Positions 48,401-63,010 of a stretch of 64,000 nt of DNA are shown here, piece after piece; the first letter of the stretch is position 1; each line of letters opens with the position of its first letter. A program made the translations under genes and the position numbers. The notes beneath the pieces were generated by a model that saw only the letters and a list, made by a program, of their open reading frames with translations, was not told where the DNA came from and did not search any database. The stretch is from Klebsormidium nitens (taxonomy: Eukaryota > Plantae > Klebsormidiophyceae): positions 49,704 through 113,703 of the forward strand of contig DF237229.1 of NCBI GenBank assembly GCA_000708835.1, written 5' to 3'.

Positions 48401-51400
48401 GCAACGTTTGACGATGACGTCATGACGGGGGCCACAGGGATGGGGACGGGGACGGGGGACTGAGTGGAACGAGAGCCCTCCTGGAAGTGGTTATCTGTGG
48501 GACAAAGACGATCCATAAGCAGAAAAGGAGGAATTTGCTGTTGAAAGCGATAAACAGTTAAAACTTGAATCCCGAAAACAGATTCTCTGTTGCCTCTATA
48601 TGACACAGCAAGAGTGACGCTGAGGAGTCCGAGGTACGATCGGACGGTTTCTCTCTCCACAGATTGAGAGCGATTGGAAGCGCTCTAAGCGTTCTCGCTC
48701 GACACGTCTTTCCAAAGTGAATTTTTAAATGGAAAGTTAAGAGCTTCTAACTTCAAAGGGCACCAATCCCACGCGAATCTTGTCTCGGCCTCTTCCGGTG
48801 CTCACTCTGGTAGTAGCACGTCTTCCCCTGGCACATGCTGAAGAGGACGTCGATCGGCCCCGACAGGTTGTTGTTATGCAGGTCCAGACTGGTCAGGTTC
48901 CCCCGCGAGAAGTTGGCAAACGACGCCGGGATGGGCCCGCTCAGCTCGTTGTTGCCCAGGGCCAGCAGCTCCAAACTGCGGGGCGAAGGAAGAGGCAAAA
49001 GTCGTTTCCAGCAGATTAAGCAAGGGTTAATTTTAGCGTTTACTGAGAAGGTGAGTATCTACCCGCAGTCTTCTTCACCGTTTGAGAACGCCCCGATCGG
49101 TGACGTGGCGGCAGCTGGTGTACATTCTAGCTGGAGCGAAATTGTACCGGCCTGTACAAGCACTGGAGATGCGAGGCTAGATCCTTAACAGTTTTGCGTT
49201 TACACATTCACCAACGCGAAAAGAAACGTTTTGGATTCACGACAAAGACGTGCACTCATAGTGGATACCCCTGAGCAACAGACGAAGCAGATCATGAACT
49301 GTAGTGACGGGTACTTCACCAGAACTGTTTTGTCGAACATCTGATCGCTGAATAGGAAGAGGTCTAAGACACTTTACCTGAGAAGTTCCCCTAGAGACGG
49401 GGGTATAGATCCTGTGAGGCTGTTGTTGGCAAACCCTCTGCAAAGAGACAGTTAACTGCTTTGTCGAAAGGGAGTTACATATATACTCAATCGTTGAGCT
49501 GACAGCGAGGACGATCAGCAGATTGTCGAAGGGCAGAATGTAGCGACGCCCAAAAGATGCAAAATAGGAAACGATGGAACCGGCTGTGCGCAAAAGGTGG
49601 GCGGAAAGCGATTGTCCGAGATCCTAGCGAGCGAGACTTCTTGCCGGTCATATCTTTCGCCGTTGCGAACAGACGCCTTCGGAAGGTGCATGCTCAAAGC
49701 GGAAGCCCTGCGCACATTCCGTGCTTCTGAAAATAACCGCAACAGTCGGTCAACAGGCCGAATTAATCATGACCTGCGGCAACAGGCAGTCGAAGTTTGA
49801 TCCTTCTATGTTGTCGTCCCTTTTCAAGAACAGAAAAGTTGCCTCTGTCATACCCGCGCGTGGAAAGCTTACATGTACAAAAGATCACGCAGTGGTATCC
49901 GGTTGAAGACGTCCGGAACGGGGCCCGTGATGCCCTTCATTTCGGCAATCTCTCTGCACAGGAATGTTGGGAAGCGTCCGGCTATATGTCATAAGTAAGA
50001 TTCTCGATGCTTGACTCTCCAATGACAACTGCCAGTCGCCGCTCCCTAGATCTCGAATTGGTCTTGGTAGACAACTAATAAGGTTGATGCAGTGACAACG
50101 AGAGATTAGACTGCATGATCTCGCTTGCCGAACGGTTATTCGCACCCAAGAAACTGCAGCTGGTGTAGGAAAGATTGCTCAGGAATAACCGTGCATGGAC
50201 TGTACTCGCAACAAACTCCCTGGTGGCATGGAGCACTTCTTGAATTTGGGGATAACCAACCACTGTTCGTTCCGCTCCGTTCTCAAGGAGATCGGTTGCC
50301 CTGAATCTATGAATTCTCCAGCGGCTTCTGACCTTTCCAAAACACGGGATGGGCCCAGCTCTCAATAAAGAGAACCGTCCGATGAGACTACCGCCGTCCG
50401 ACGCACGCCTCCAAGCGCAGAGCATTAGAGCAGATGACCTCCGGTTCTACGAACACCTAATGATACAAAGAAACGGGGTCGAGCGATGGCTTACATTTGC
50501 TGTATGGCCGGCAGGAGGCCAATCTGCGGTGGAATAGAGCCCACGAAGCGGTTGCCCAAGAGATACAGCTGCTGTAACCGGGGCATAGCGCCGATGAGGG
50601 GGATGGGGCCCTCAAACTGGTTGTGGTTCAAGTTCCTGAGAGGAAGAGGAATGAAGCATTTGGCAAACAAACGAAGCCACGAAACGGAAATGTGAGATCC
50701 AGTCTTCATTAATGGTGCCACGTCCCTCGTCGAACACTTGAAAGAATGGTTGAAACGCACTGCGACTTCGGGGAGTCTTTCTGGGGGTACAGATCCTCGT
50801 TGGCACTGCTCTCCAAATATCGACTGTCAAAATTCCAATGGCACATCTTCTGGAAAAAGACGTCGAGGTCTTGCAAAATCGATAGGGCCCAAAGAGCAGA
50901 TGGACGCACTTGCCGTCATTTAGAGCGAAGAAAACGTGCATTCCTCGTCAAGAGGACCCGACTTGGCACCATAGCTTCGTGCTAGCGTGTTCATGATCCG
51001 CCGGATCAAAATGGGTAACCATTCGAAAAAGGGCGCCCTGTTCTCAGCACAAGAAAACCAGTCGCACTTTTCTGTTTTCTCAAATGTCCTCACAATCCCA
51101 GTGCTCCTACAAGAAAAGAGAAGTCAAGAATCACGTCGCTTCCCAGCTTACAGGTAAGTCAGGTTCTTCCAATCTTGGACGGCGAACGGCGGCAACGGCC
51201 CCGAGAAGGCGTTGTTTTGCATGGCCAGCGCCTTCATGCTGACGAGGCGACTGAACGAGTCCGGGATGGGCCCCGTGAAGTTGTTGTCATTGAAATGCCT
51301 GCAGGAAAAGTGAATGCCGTGGTAGAATCAGATAAGCACAAACTTCATAACGTGCAGAAACGGCAAGGTCAACGGCTTTATAACCGCTCCGGTTTTGTAA

Positions 51401-54157
51401 CTCAGAGGGTATGCACAATCAACGCAATTCTAGACGGAAGCCAGGGCAACGAACGAGTTGCAGAGCGATGCATCCAACTGACAAGGGGCCCCCTTGGAGC
51501 ACTCTAGTTTTCAAATTGCAGGAAACGACCGTTTCTAGATCGAAGAGGTTGCGCCGTGAGCTCGGGTTCTCACATCTCTTTCATTCCGGTGCAATTGCCA
51601 AGGGATGCCGGCAGGATTCCAGACAGTCCTGTGTTCAGCGGCAGAATCCTGCAGACGGAAGGATCTCACGATGTGGCCCTTTATGCAGCGGCATAAATGC
51701 TTCCTTCCCACCTCAGTTTCCACTCAGTCCCCTCATAGCTTCGTCAAATGTAAAGGGCACAGGAAAGATTATGCAAGAGAAACGAAAACAAGAAACAAAG
51801 TGAACACCGGTTCTGAAGCTTCGACAGTATTCCTTAGGACAATCGGGCATGTCGGATTCGAGCGGCTCAGATCCATACGGGTATCAGGCTCTTCCCTGAA
51901 CGCCGGGTAGATCCAGATCGCAAGACCGATCGAGAGCGCACAGAAGAAACGGATCGGTGGGTCGAAGCAGAGCACTCACAGGTAGGTAAGAGGGAGGCTC
52001 CCGAGCCCCTCTGGCAGAGTCCCGCTTAGCGAGTTATTGCCGAGGTCCAGGACTGGAATAACGAAAACAAAAAGAATTACCGAGTCAGCGCCGCCTAAGC
52101 TAAGTATCCGCTCCCTTACGTGTGGATTCAACAAAGCGACCTGATTGTCATGTGGGCAATCTTAAAGACGAGTTGAATATCGTGTTCTGGTCAAGCGTCT
52201 CATTCTTTTCACGTTTTCCGGGGACCGGTCAACCCAGGATGGTGCAGTGAACAAAGCATCGGATTCCGTGCCATTTCCATCATAACCCCAGATGCTTGGG
52301 GATACGAGCTGACGTCATCAGTCCGGATCTCTTACCCTCGGATCACGAATGTTCTAACGTTTGAAAGTAACCTTCATCGACTTACTTTGGAGGCCAGTCA
52401 AGTAGAGGACTTCTTGCGGGAACTGGCCGATCAACCGTGGCCACGCGCGCCGGCTTGCACATCTACACAAAGGCAAAAGCTTACTGAAAACGTGCAGCGG
52501 AAGACGAGTCGGGTGGTTCAGAGTGTAAGCGACTTTGAGTACTAAGACATAAGACGAAACACAACGGTACCCATGTGGCAAATAGGGGAACTGCAGGAGA
52601 ACCCCAATATAGGTTCTTGGTTAATCAGTGACAAAAGTGAGAAAAACGCGACTCGATTTTTGACTTAGCCGAAAGTATAGTAGCAGGCGTCTTGGACAGT
52701 GATGCGTTTCGACGTTTCAAGATGCAGCATCATGGCGCTCCTATCTGATGGGAGATGGTCAATGGAATAAGATCTGACTGGAGCAATGTAATCGAGCACG
52801 CCAACCACTTTCTTGAAGATTTTCGCGTTTCTAAACTTTGTGTCTAGAAGTGTGATTGCAATGTCTGAGAATACGTGACACCTAGCGTTCACATTCTGAA
52901 GCCGGCTACATGCATGCCAGCCTTCCTTTGAAGTGGCAAGGGGACTTACACGTCCGCTGGTGTATCCGAGAAGCACTGCCGCGAGAGCGTCAGGTTCGTG
53001 ACGATGTCACCGTCGCAGGCAACGCCTTCCCAACCAGGGGGGCTGCAAGAAGGAGCGCTTCTTCTTCAAACGACATTTTGGAGCTACTAAAGGAGCACTA
53101 GATTATTTAAGTGACGGATGCCTTGAAATCTGATCATGATTTTCATTCCTTCTGTCTGGTGGTACCGCACTTGAAAAGCTCCGGGGTAAGAAACTAAGTG
53201 ACAACTATTTGATGGGGATCTATAATAGCCCCCAGATTGAAACCATTTTAAAAAGCTGCATGCACACTGTGACTTGCAACTGAGATAGTGACCATATCGG
53301 TGGTGGTGGTCGTGCCTTGTCAGTTCCCCCTCTGCTTTGATACATGGAGAGGAATTGAGTCACGTTCCTTTGATGATGCGACAGGGGGCTTTACTAAAGT
53401 CCTCCTTCCACTAATTGAGAGAATGTCTACCGCCCCCTTCGTTAACATCGTCTCAGATGCCAACCAGCTCTGTGGACTTTTTCCATCGCAAGTAAGCAGA
53501 TAAAGTGACGGACTGCATACCTGCAGGGATCAGTTCCAGGCATCCAACTGTCCAACCGGGGGTTCTTCTCAAAGTTGGCCGCAATGGCCATCAAGATATC
53601 TGCAACAATACAAAGAAAGTGGTCAAGTTAAGCCCAGAAGCTGGTTTACACTGTCAGGCTCCTAAACCAGACACTATACGCTAAGTACGCACACAAACTA
53701 TGTGATGATGACTGGTGATGATAAGCGTCTCCTGAGAACCTCAGAATTCAAAGAAGTATTCCTGCGAAAGCTGTGCAACTGCGAGGCGGGAGGGCGGTGC
53801 CTTTGACACCATCGAAAGTTTGGACGCTTACAAACATTATAAACTAAGACCAGCTGAGCGAGAGAGCTGCTCGAATCCCCTGAGAAAACTGAAAACTTTG
53901 CAACCAGTACCATTTAATGAGCCCATGCCCCACCAGCTTTATAAGGAAAAAGAAACCAATTCTGAACTCAGTGTGTCAAACTGCCCCTTCTTACAGACAC
54001 TTCTCAATGACGCTGAAAGCTGCCCCTCACCAGCGTTGGAAGCGACCGCTGTTACTTGCACAAGCCACAACGCAATCGCCGCAACGTAGATTATGAGGCC
54101 CAGACCACAGGGCAACCTGAAAGGTCTCATTCTACAGTACTTTACAGTGTCACCCAT
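42434..54157 (-). CDS. Leucine-rich-repeat receptor-like kinase (RD kinase, LRR-VIII-1/LRR-I-like), many exons; start at 54157 or 54130
   Basis: Signal peptide (GLGLIIYVAAIALWLVQV); LRRNT cap (DSWMPGTDPCSPPGWEGVAC); ~72-nt LRR exons (LDLGNNSLSGTLP, FNDNNFTGPIP, LNHNQFEGPIP, LGNNELSGPIP); TM (ALVAAASAGGVAFFLALVCGVLFCC); kinase (GEGGFGHVYKG, AIKR, LVYEYM, HRDVK, DFGISK, GYLDP, DVYSFG); ends ELEGR. Not every internal exon was resolved. Confidence 0.92.
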
Positions 54158-54951
54158 GAAGATGCAGTTTGCTTTAAGGAACGCACACCCTTTTTCCCTG
54201 CACCAACGCAGTGGGCGTGCATTCGATAGCTGATGGGAAGCATCGATTAAATGCCGGTGGTGCTTCGTTTGACAAAGTGCTTGTCATATTGCTCAATGCT
54301 TGTCTGGGCACCGGTCCGACCAATCCGTGCAGCTACTATACACACAGGAAGTGAGCTGCCCAGTCAAAAGAGCTGTCCTATCATAGTGCGTTTGACGGGT
54401 GGTGGGTGCAAATTCCGAAGACAAGAATTTTTTGAGAAGCTGAAGCTCAGTGTGGCGCACCCTGAAAAAATGGAGCATCAATCCATGCAGCAATGCAGAG
54501 TGCCAGCACCAGAGCTCTCTCGTCATTGGCCATGCTGCTAGAGCTCCTCTACGTCCACTTTGGCTCGCGATGCCATCCGGCTATGTCGTACATATATCCA
54601 GGATATATGATTCAAAGTCAGCTTTGCCGATTCTAATAGCGTACAATTGAAGCTCGAACGTGACCCACCACTTCTGTGACCTGGTGCTTATGGATAAAGA
54701 TTAATGTAAATATAAATATGTGTCTTTGACTCGGCAAGCCGAGCATGAGGCTCGTGTACCTACCTGAGGCTGTAGCTGGATTCGGAAGGCTGCCAGTGCA
54801 GGCATCTTCAGGCATAAAATCATACTTCAGGAAGGACGCATGCAAACCTGTGCTGGTCTAACACTTCAGTCAGGCAACTCACTATCTGGTTCTCTGTGCT
54901 TTGCCCTTCTGTTTAACCCATTGAGTAGCCTACGCACGTAGAATTCGAACA

Positions 54952-56845
54952 ATGCCGAAGAAACTGAGTATCAACACGAAAGCGGAAGAAGCGCGAGAGC
55001 GCAAGGAGACTCAAAAGAAGGAGAAGTCTTCAAAAGAGCAGAAAGAGAAAGAGGATCAGGTATGGGAGGAGGCTGCCGGCCCAAAGAAAAAGAGCCAGAA
55101 GAAAAAGGAGGAAGATGAGGCAAGGAAGGCGGAGGCAGCTGCAAAGAAACTGGAGGCAAAGAAACTGGCCGCCGAGGTATGACCAGGGAATTGATATACT
55201 TCCAGATGACAGTGTTTGCGTTTGGATTCTGCTATAGCGAATCGAGTATGATTGCCGCAGCTTTGTAGCTTGAGTGTGACATCAGGTCTTTGATGGGCAG
55301 ACTTGTTGGACTGGGTTTTATACATTAATTCAGGGGGTGGTGTAATTGTCGCTGACATGGGGTGGTGCAACTGTCTCTGAAATGGTGGTGCGCTCCCTGA
55401 CGTCGCGTGATGCTGAGTGGCCCATGTCTACTTTTGGGCTGGTAGGGCGACTTTGACCATGATTCTACTTGTAGGGTGTTGAGTAGTCTGGCCGCCTGAC
55501 GACAGCATTATATCTTGAGGAAACTTTTAGTTGAAGGTCGTCACTTCAGTCGCAACAGACAATAAGGTTGGAAGCATCGCCATCCGAAGCATGCATTACT
55601 GATGTTGACTCTTCCAACATGGAACATTAAGTAGTAAGGCCAGCATAACAAGAACTCTTTGTTACTCTGTTGGCAGTGCGTAAAGAGATTGATATCATGC
55701 TGCAGGAGGAGAAGGAGGTAGAAAAGTCACTGAAAAAGCCAAACCCGAAGGCGAACCGGGTGGGTGGGGCGGGGCAGAAGATAACTGCGGCTGAGCTTTT
55801 ACGGCAAAAGGAGCAGGATGCAAAGGAACTGGAAAAGAAAGCGGGGAAGAAGGAGCGCGTTGTGGCGGAATATGAGTACGAGAACCTGGTCAATGAACCG
55901 AACTTGAACAAGATAGAGACGGTGGTCGATGCCCGGAATATAGACGAGGCGCTGCAGCAACTAGATTTGGGGGGGCCGTCGGGGACGCCGGATAAGCATC
56001 CGGAAAAGCGTTTGAAGGCGGCTTATAAGGTGAGGAGGGGCTTTGTTCTTGTTAGAACGAAGTCTCATCGTAAGATGATGAACACCGTTCTGTTAAAACC
56101 CGTCTCCCCTTGCAAGCGGGCGGAGTCAACTCGAGTTGAGAAAGGCGCTGTAGCTGAAAACCAGGCGGCGAATGGCTCCTCACACTCGTACTCAACTGCT
56201 TTGGAAGTCGTCTCAATTGCGGCAACGCTCAGCTATGGAAGCGCGGCTGCATTTCAAGCGTGTTATCAGCTTACCCGTTTCTTAAGGTGGCTTTTGGTTT
56301 GTGGCTTCTGCTTTTTTTTTTTCGTAGCCGCTGACAAAGTATCGAGGTATGTTACCATAGGCCGGGCATCATGCGGTCTCGAAGTGGAGGCTAACAAGTT
56401 GTTCAGTTTCCACTGTGCAAACAATCTATCCTTTTAGGCATGGAAAGCCATAGTCGATCTGAAGGATTTAATGTCTATTTTCCTGTACTTGAAAGTTCAC
56501 AAATACTCCCAGCATCTGGCTGCGGTTGACCGCTTGATGAAGAGAGGTAAGAAGGACGGCAACATGCACGTCTGCCTCCTCAAGCGCATTTTTCTTCCAC
56601 TCAGTTCGGGAAACTCTGACTGCAGCCAACCTTGATTGTGTTGCCAAAAACGCGCCTACAGCATATGGTCAATTGTTTGTTGCTCTGGAAACAATGACAA
56701 GCGGTTGCTTTTCTTACAGGCTTTCGAAGAAGCAGAACTGCCCCAACTACGAGCGGAGAAGCCAGGTCTTACTCAGTCCCAGTACAAAGAGGCCCTTTGG
56801 AAACTATGGAAGAAGAGCCCTGATAATCCGCTCAATCAACAATAG
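54952..56845 (+). CDS. CCDC124: Coiled-coil domain-containing protein 124 (Lso2/Oxs1 family), 3 exons (54952-55176, 55706-56029, 56720-56845)
   Basis: MPKK...NTKAEEARERK, DARNIDEAL, DKHPEKRLKAAYKAFEEAELPQLRAEKPGLTQSQYKEALWKLWKKSPDNPLNQ. All junctions are phase 0. Confidence 0.95.
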
Positions 56846-57629
56846 CACGTCAAGGGCAGCGGCTAGCTATGACGCAGTGACGTCGTCTTTCCAAGGCTCA
56901 GGTCTTCAAGTTAACGTGGTATGGGCGACCACGTACACATCCAGGCTTGGAAGCAATCGACAGCCTCACTACTTCGTGATCATTGCGTTTTGAAAGGATC
57001 ATGCATTTTCATGAGAACGTACTTTGAGGGGGCCGTCAAACCGTCTGGTGCCGATGCTTGATTTACTAGGTATACGGCAGTTGGGATTTGGCCACGCAGG
57101 GCAGCACATGCCATTTATTTTTCATTATATACATGATTACGTCCATGCAAAAAAATTGTGTAAACACTGAGTGACATTGCAACTGCAATCGTCACGCCGA
57201 TGGGAGTGACTCGCGCTGGGATCGCGTCACTTTGTACAATACCGTCACTATACGTACCAATTACATGTGCGTCATGCAGCGTTTCAATATCCACTGAGCA
57301 ATGGCCATTGATCCATGCATTGCGCCATTCTCGCGCCTGGTATGTAGATCTGCAGTCATGTCGCGACCGCCACTGAATGCTCATGCATGATATGCATGTT
57401 CCCTTCGACCAATGTGGTGACCGTTCGTTGAATGGCATGGTTAACAGGAGCCCTCAATATCCATGACACTTACAATCTGGTTTCCGAAACCAGATAAAGT
57501 TCGTGGAGTTGAGGACGGAGGGTCAAAGAACATCGCCTCCATGATCCAACGTAGAACACGTCAAATTTGCGTACACTCAGAAAGACGGTTGGTTCGAAGC
57601 CAGTTCACTAAGACCTCAACATGAATCTT

Positions 57630-60600
57630 TCATCGACCTGTTAATCTGTCGATAAGCTGCTTCCCTGCCTCAGGAGCCAGGAACCTCGCCTGCAGAGAAT
57701 GGCAACGCAATATTCGAGGCCCCAAGAAATATATTCAGTGTATAGAAACATGAGACTGCGTTGCCCCGTGATCGACCTAAGGGAATAGGGCGTACAAAAG
57801 CTCGGCGACAAGAGGAACACTCCCATTTGGCGTGTGACTCGCCATTGTCCGATGATTGAGGGTCTCGGTGCCTGTGCTTACGCATTCTGTGGTCATAGAA
57901 ACGCTTGGATTTCCGATCAGCATGGACAGTCGAGATGGCAATACTCTCTTCCCTTGCTCTTGAACGTCTGTGAACGCCTGCCAAGACCTGCGGCTTTGTT
58001 CCTTCTCATACTACAGCCTATTAGTTTCCACAGACGAACAAGCTTGACCCCATGCACTAGCTCCGCTTGTCTTCTCTCCACACACGAACAAACAGACAAC
58101 CACGTGGCTCACCTTGACGAGGTTCCGCTCCGCCTCGCCCTCCTGTTTCTGCTGCTTAAGGAGGAGCCCCTTGGCGAGATACGGCCGGAAGTCGTCCAGA
58201 TGGTCCGCGATTACCCCGTCGTACACGGACAGAGCGTCAGCAGTTTTGTTCCAAGCCTGATATGCCTTTGCCAGGAGCAGCTCAACCTGTGGAGAGTATA
58301 TGCATTGTTTAGCCGCATACAGGCATCTGAGCTACCGGACCGCCGGAGGTTTGCCTTAAAGTATCTGTTTTCGGGTCGGTGCGAAAAGTTTGAAACTAAA
58401 TGCGACCCTAACTGCGAAAAAGCGAAACTTAAAAAATATCTCAAAAATGTGCAATCTACTGATATGCAGGGCAACAAAGCAAAGTTTTGCTTTGCGCGAA
58501 ATGCAAATAATCTCTCCAAGCGCGAGGCTAAACCTCAAAACGAGCAAACTTGAGATTTCGCACCAACAGGTAGCGAACTCGCTTGGCGGTACAAGACTCA
58601 AGATCCTTAGTATGCTGCTCGGAAGTGAGTCGAGTTCTGTCTCAAGAAGAAGAGCTGCTTGGTATCGCTCCGCAATGGCGCGTCTACATCCAATCTGTTG
58701 CTTTCGCACCAACCCAGCGAACCCAAATTTTTGTCGGTTTCAGGTCCAAGCCTTCGACGCCAAGTTTCTTCGGAGTTTCCATGTTGACCATTGCACGTGA
58801 ATGCCCTTTTCTATTAGTTTTCTCCGTCAGGGATTCCTCCTTCTCTGGTCCCCTTTAAAAGCAAAACGCGAACGTCGGCAGAAGTCGCTTGCCTGGACTG
58901 GGTCTATTCTCTCCTCCGCATCCGACGCCCCCGCAGAGGTTTCTTTTCCGCTCCGGATCCGCTCGCGAGCGTTCAAGATCTCACCCACCGCTTCGTTTGG
59001 ACGCTTGTCGTTGACCAGAGCGTCCGCAAGGCCCTTGAGCAGTCCGAGCGACTCCCGCGGGCTGGCCTGCACAGATCAGCAGCTTTTGATCAAGAGAGTC
59101 ACGGAAAATGTTGATAAGCGCAACCTGATAACACCGACTCGAGGGCTTGAAGTCGGTTGACCAGCTTTCTGTTCAATTGCAACGTACGTTGCTTACAGTT
59201 TCGACTCTTACGGAACCCTGGCTTTACGTGACGACCTGTTCCAACAGAACGTGAGGGGTGTTCAGCTCTGACCCAAGGCTTTTCGCGGAGGAAGGCGCCA
59301 GAATAAATTGACGGATCACGCGTACTGTTTTTTTCAATGGCCTAGACAGAGATCTCTATCGATCAGACGGCCATTTTGACCTTCACAATCCAGATACACG
59401 CATGCGACACAGAAACAGCACGCATACGCGAGGTGATGACTGCTGCACATGCGTGTCAGAAAAGTAAAGCAGTAGCAAGGAGTGGGGGCTCTCAGCACCG
59501 GCGAACCCACTCACTCTGATTGCGCGCCGGTACTCGTAGGCGGCCCCCGAGAAGTCTTGTGCGGCGAACTTTACCTCGGCCAACAGTCGCAGCGCTTCGA
59601 CATCCGACGGCCGAGCCTGAACAGACGACATCCAGATGCAATTTGAGCCGTCCGATCAGAAGCCACACCCGCCGACTCTTAGTCGTAATTCTTCTTTCCA
59701 GCAGAGGGCCGCAGAAGGCAAGAGAATGGAAGCCAAATGCTTAAGGTTTGTCCACAAGCCGGCTACGGAAAGAGCGTGCGGATTCAGGCAGGGAGACTGT
59801 TGGAAAATGACAGAGGTTTAGGAGACCTGACCTTGACCAACGTGTTCAGATACTCGGCGGCTTTCTTGTACTCCCCCATCTCAGCATAGCTCACGCCTGC
59901 GCCCTGCGGAAGAGGGAGAAACGACGGCGATTGTGCGGATGCTCTGCCCATTGTATGAAGATCAAACGAGCGTAATTCAGCTGACATTCCTGGTGACCGC
60001 AAGCACTCGACCTCACCCGCTAAGATACCTGACTTCTCGTGTAAGGTCTCAGCGTTCGGAACTACTGAACCAGAAATATACACGCGAGACAGCCACGGAA
60101 ACAAGTGCTGAGACCACACCAGTGCTCTAGCTGCTGAGACCACCGTGCGTGCTCCTCCCCAGTGTGGACAGAAACGGTGACCTTTGCAGAGCCTTCGACT
60201 CTTTTGTTTCCACGGCGTGGTTGCTCACTGAATCTTATTCGCACACGGCTTTCCAGCAGTAACCTCGACCCCTTCCAGATTCTGCCAGTGCTGTTCCCGC
60301 GTATGACTGCCTTGGCAAATCAATCAACCTTCAAACACATCAATCTCAGCAGCTGACCTCAAGAGCGGTTGCGTCTTCGGGCTGCTGTCGAAGCGTCGCC
60401 TCAAACGACTCCGCTTGCTTCTGCAACAATCGGCAGAAGGAAGAGCGTTAACTAGTCTCCCTCAACTTTCGGGCCTGGCGTTTTTTCCGTGAAACCATGA
60501 TGACGTCACGACCCCGTCGGATCCAGACGCGGTCAAGCGCAACTTCGTTTTGAACCACAGAAAAGAAGTCGCCACGTTTGACGGCAGAACTCGAGTGGAA

Positions 60601-62125
60601 CCGCAAAGTGGGATGAAAGGCAACAGTACGTGTGGTCGAAGATAATGATTCCAATCAGCCCGCAAAAAAGCATCCGTCCCCTCACAAGCCAACAAGCAAG
60701 GGGGCCATTAAAACGGCTTTACTTTGCTGCATCAACTTGACTAGCAAAATTCTGCGGGGTGGGTAAATTCGCACCTGGAGGCGTTCCTTTTCCTCTTTCG
60801 GCAACTCCTGCACCTCGGCGCTTGGAGTCTGCTTATCTCGGAACCTGTGCGCGAGGGCGGACGCGGAGGAGTTTACTTGGGAGCCGAACTCGCTTTTGGT
60901 TATTTTGTCGATTAAGGCAGACCTCTAGCTATGCTCTCACATCAATCACGCCAAAGAAGGTGGCCTGGGCGGTTGCTTGGATAAGTCTACGAAGAAGGAA
61001 GGGTCGAAGAGAGCAGAGAAAACAATGGCATCTACTTGGGACTGTTTCAAGTAGAGTAGGGCGTCGAGAAAGAAACTGCGTAGGCCTCTGCTCACCCAAG
61101 GTTCTGGAGGACGAGGTCGCTCAAAGCGAAGCTGCCTAGGAGGATCAGAGCACCAGCGATTGACACAGCCTGCAACAGAGGAGAGCGCGTTGTATCAGTT
61201 TCAACTAGGATGAGATCCAACAAGGGCCTCCAAAGATGGATGTGGCCACACTGGCTCAGGGAGAGCCTCGCGCACTTAACTGATCGGAACTCAGATGGCG
61301 ATAAAGCGAAACGAGGGTTTGACTCAAAAATTCAGACACGAAAATGCTGACAACAGGCATTCTTCTTTACGTTATGCCAGAGCTAATGAGATCAGAAGCG
61401 CTTTGCACTACGAATAGCTGAAAGAGGGCTTCTCGTTGAAATCTCAGAAGCCGCAAACGAGATGAAGTCGTACATAAAGCTCAGGCTTTGTCAAGCAGGC
61501 TCAAAAAACTATGCTCCGCCCCATGTAATTTCACACAGCTTCCTTTACCTGTACTAGTACACACATGTGTGAGTGTGTGTGTAAGTTTATTTCAAAAGCA
61601 TACTGTCGCTAAGCATCGGAGGGTTTTTACCTTCACCCATGGCCGGGCTGGCTGCTCGTCCTTTTTCTCAACAGGCGCCTCGTAGTCGATCGGCCCCAGA
61701 GTGTTTACTTCCGGCTTTGGTCGTTCCGCCTGGGAGCTGCAAAAAAAGAGGACAGGCATCGACCGTTGAGGATGCTCAATCGACTTTTGACGCTGTCGAA
61801 CAAGACATGAATCAAGCAGCTTGAGCCCAACGTAGTTCCATGGGCATTGTGGCCGTTGATTGTTCGTTTTCAGAGCGAGAGTCCATGGCACAAAACTTGC
61901 TCTAATCGGTCACATTAGGGACTGTTTAGAAATGAGCAACGAGGTCTGCTTATACTTACAGATCTGGAGAGTCGAAAACGTGCACAGTGAGCCTATATGA
62001 GATGAGGGAAGGAGGGGCCTCACGCTTTGATCGCTTTCAGGCGCTCATTGAAGGAGCGCTCATCGATATCGGTGGCCAGCCCGCTGGACGACAGCTCTGG
62101 CACTTCGCCTGGGGGTTGTATGGGG
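57630..62125 (-). CDS. TPR-repeat single-TM protein of a plant/algal, probably plastid family; 5' end unresolved (further exons likely at ~62700 and above)
   Basis: Exons join to give FNERLKAIK, LGPIDYEAP, TM AVSIAGALILLGSFALSDL, TPR-like PEDATALEGAGVSYAEMGEYKKA, VELLLAKAY...DDFRPYLAKGLLLKQQKQEGEAER and ARFLAPEAGKQLIDRLTGR-stop. Confidence 0.82.
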
Positions 62126-63010
62126 CTGAAATAAAAAACACAAGATGGTTTTAGCTGAAGGGCAAATGGGTTCCTTCCTTTTCTTTCACGATTCGAAGCT
62201 GATGCGAAGGTAATCCGGTAATTAGCCAGAAGTAGTGCGGGGGATCGCCATACAGAGAAGTTCGGATATCTTTTGCGTCTAAACACTGCAGTGACTCTTG
62301 GCAGTTTAGCTTGCGGTACTCTGTGCCCTCAAAAAGGATCCATTGCGTCTGCGAATGAGGCCCCAAAAAGGAAAGTTGTCCCTCAGATGCAGAAAGCCAA
62401 TGCAGTTTGACTACTAACGAGTAGGGTATCACTTGCTTTCGTAACAAAGCCTTTTGTGATATCTCAAGCCCTTGGCCAATTGATTGTCAATTTCAAGAGG
62501 GCACGAAATAAACCGAACTTTCATACACAGCTTCACTATTCCCAACAGCTTAAGGATGTATGTTGCTCAACGAAGCCAAAGCCGGTTATCTGTTCAAGCC
62601 ACTCCCGTTCTTTATTGGAAACAGAGAAACAATTACTTTTAACCAATTTCGTATGTGCACCGATTGGAAGAGGCCAGAAAACTCACTTTCGACTTTGGAC
62701 ATTCTCTGGTGGCCTCCGCCTTGCCCCCCGCTGCAAGGACAGCGTTTTGGAATTTGGCTTTGGGGGGTGATCGACTTTACCCTATCACCCTAACCTTCCG
62801 ATTGATTCACGTCTGCCTTCGTCAAACAAAAACGTGGCACCTTCTGTAGGATGCCAAGCCTGTTGATTGTCTGAAGCTTAGCAGTGGATCACAGGACCGA
62901 TGGAAGAGCTTGGCTCAACTTCTAAGACTCGAATTGTGAAGAGCGAATGGCTTAGCCCCTACAAGGAGTCTTCAATGACGGCCAGCTCAGATGGACTGAC
63001 AGTAGCCCTC

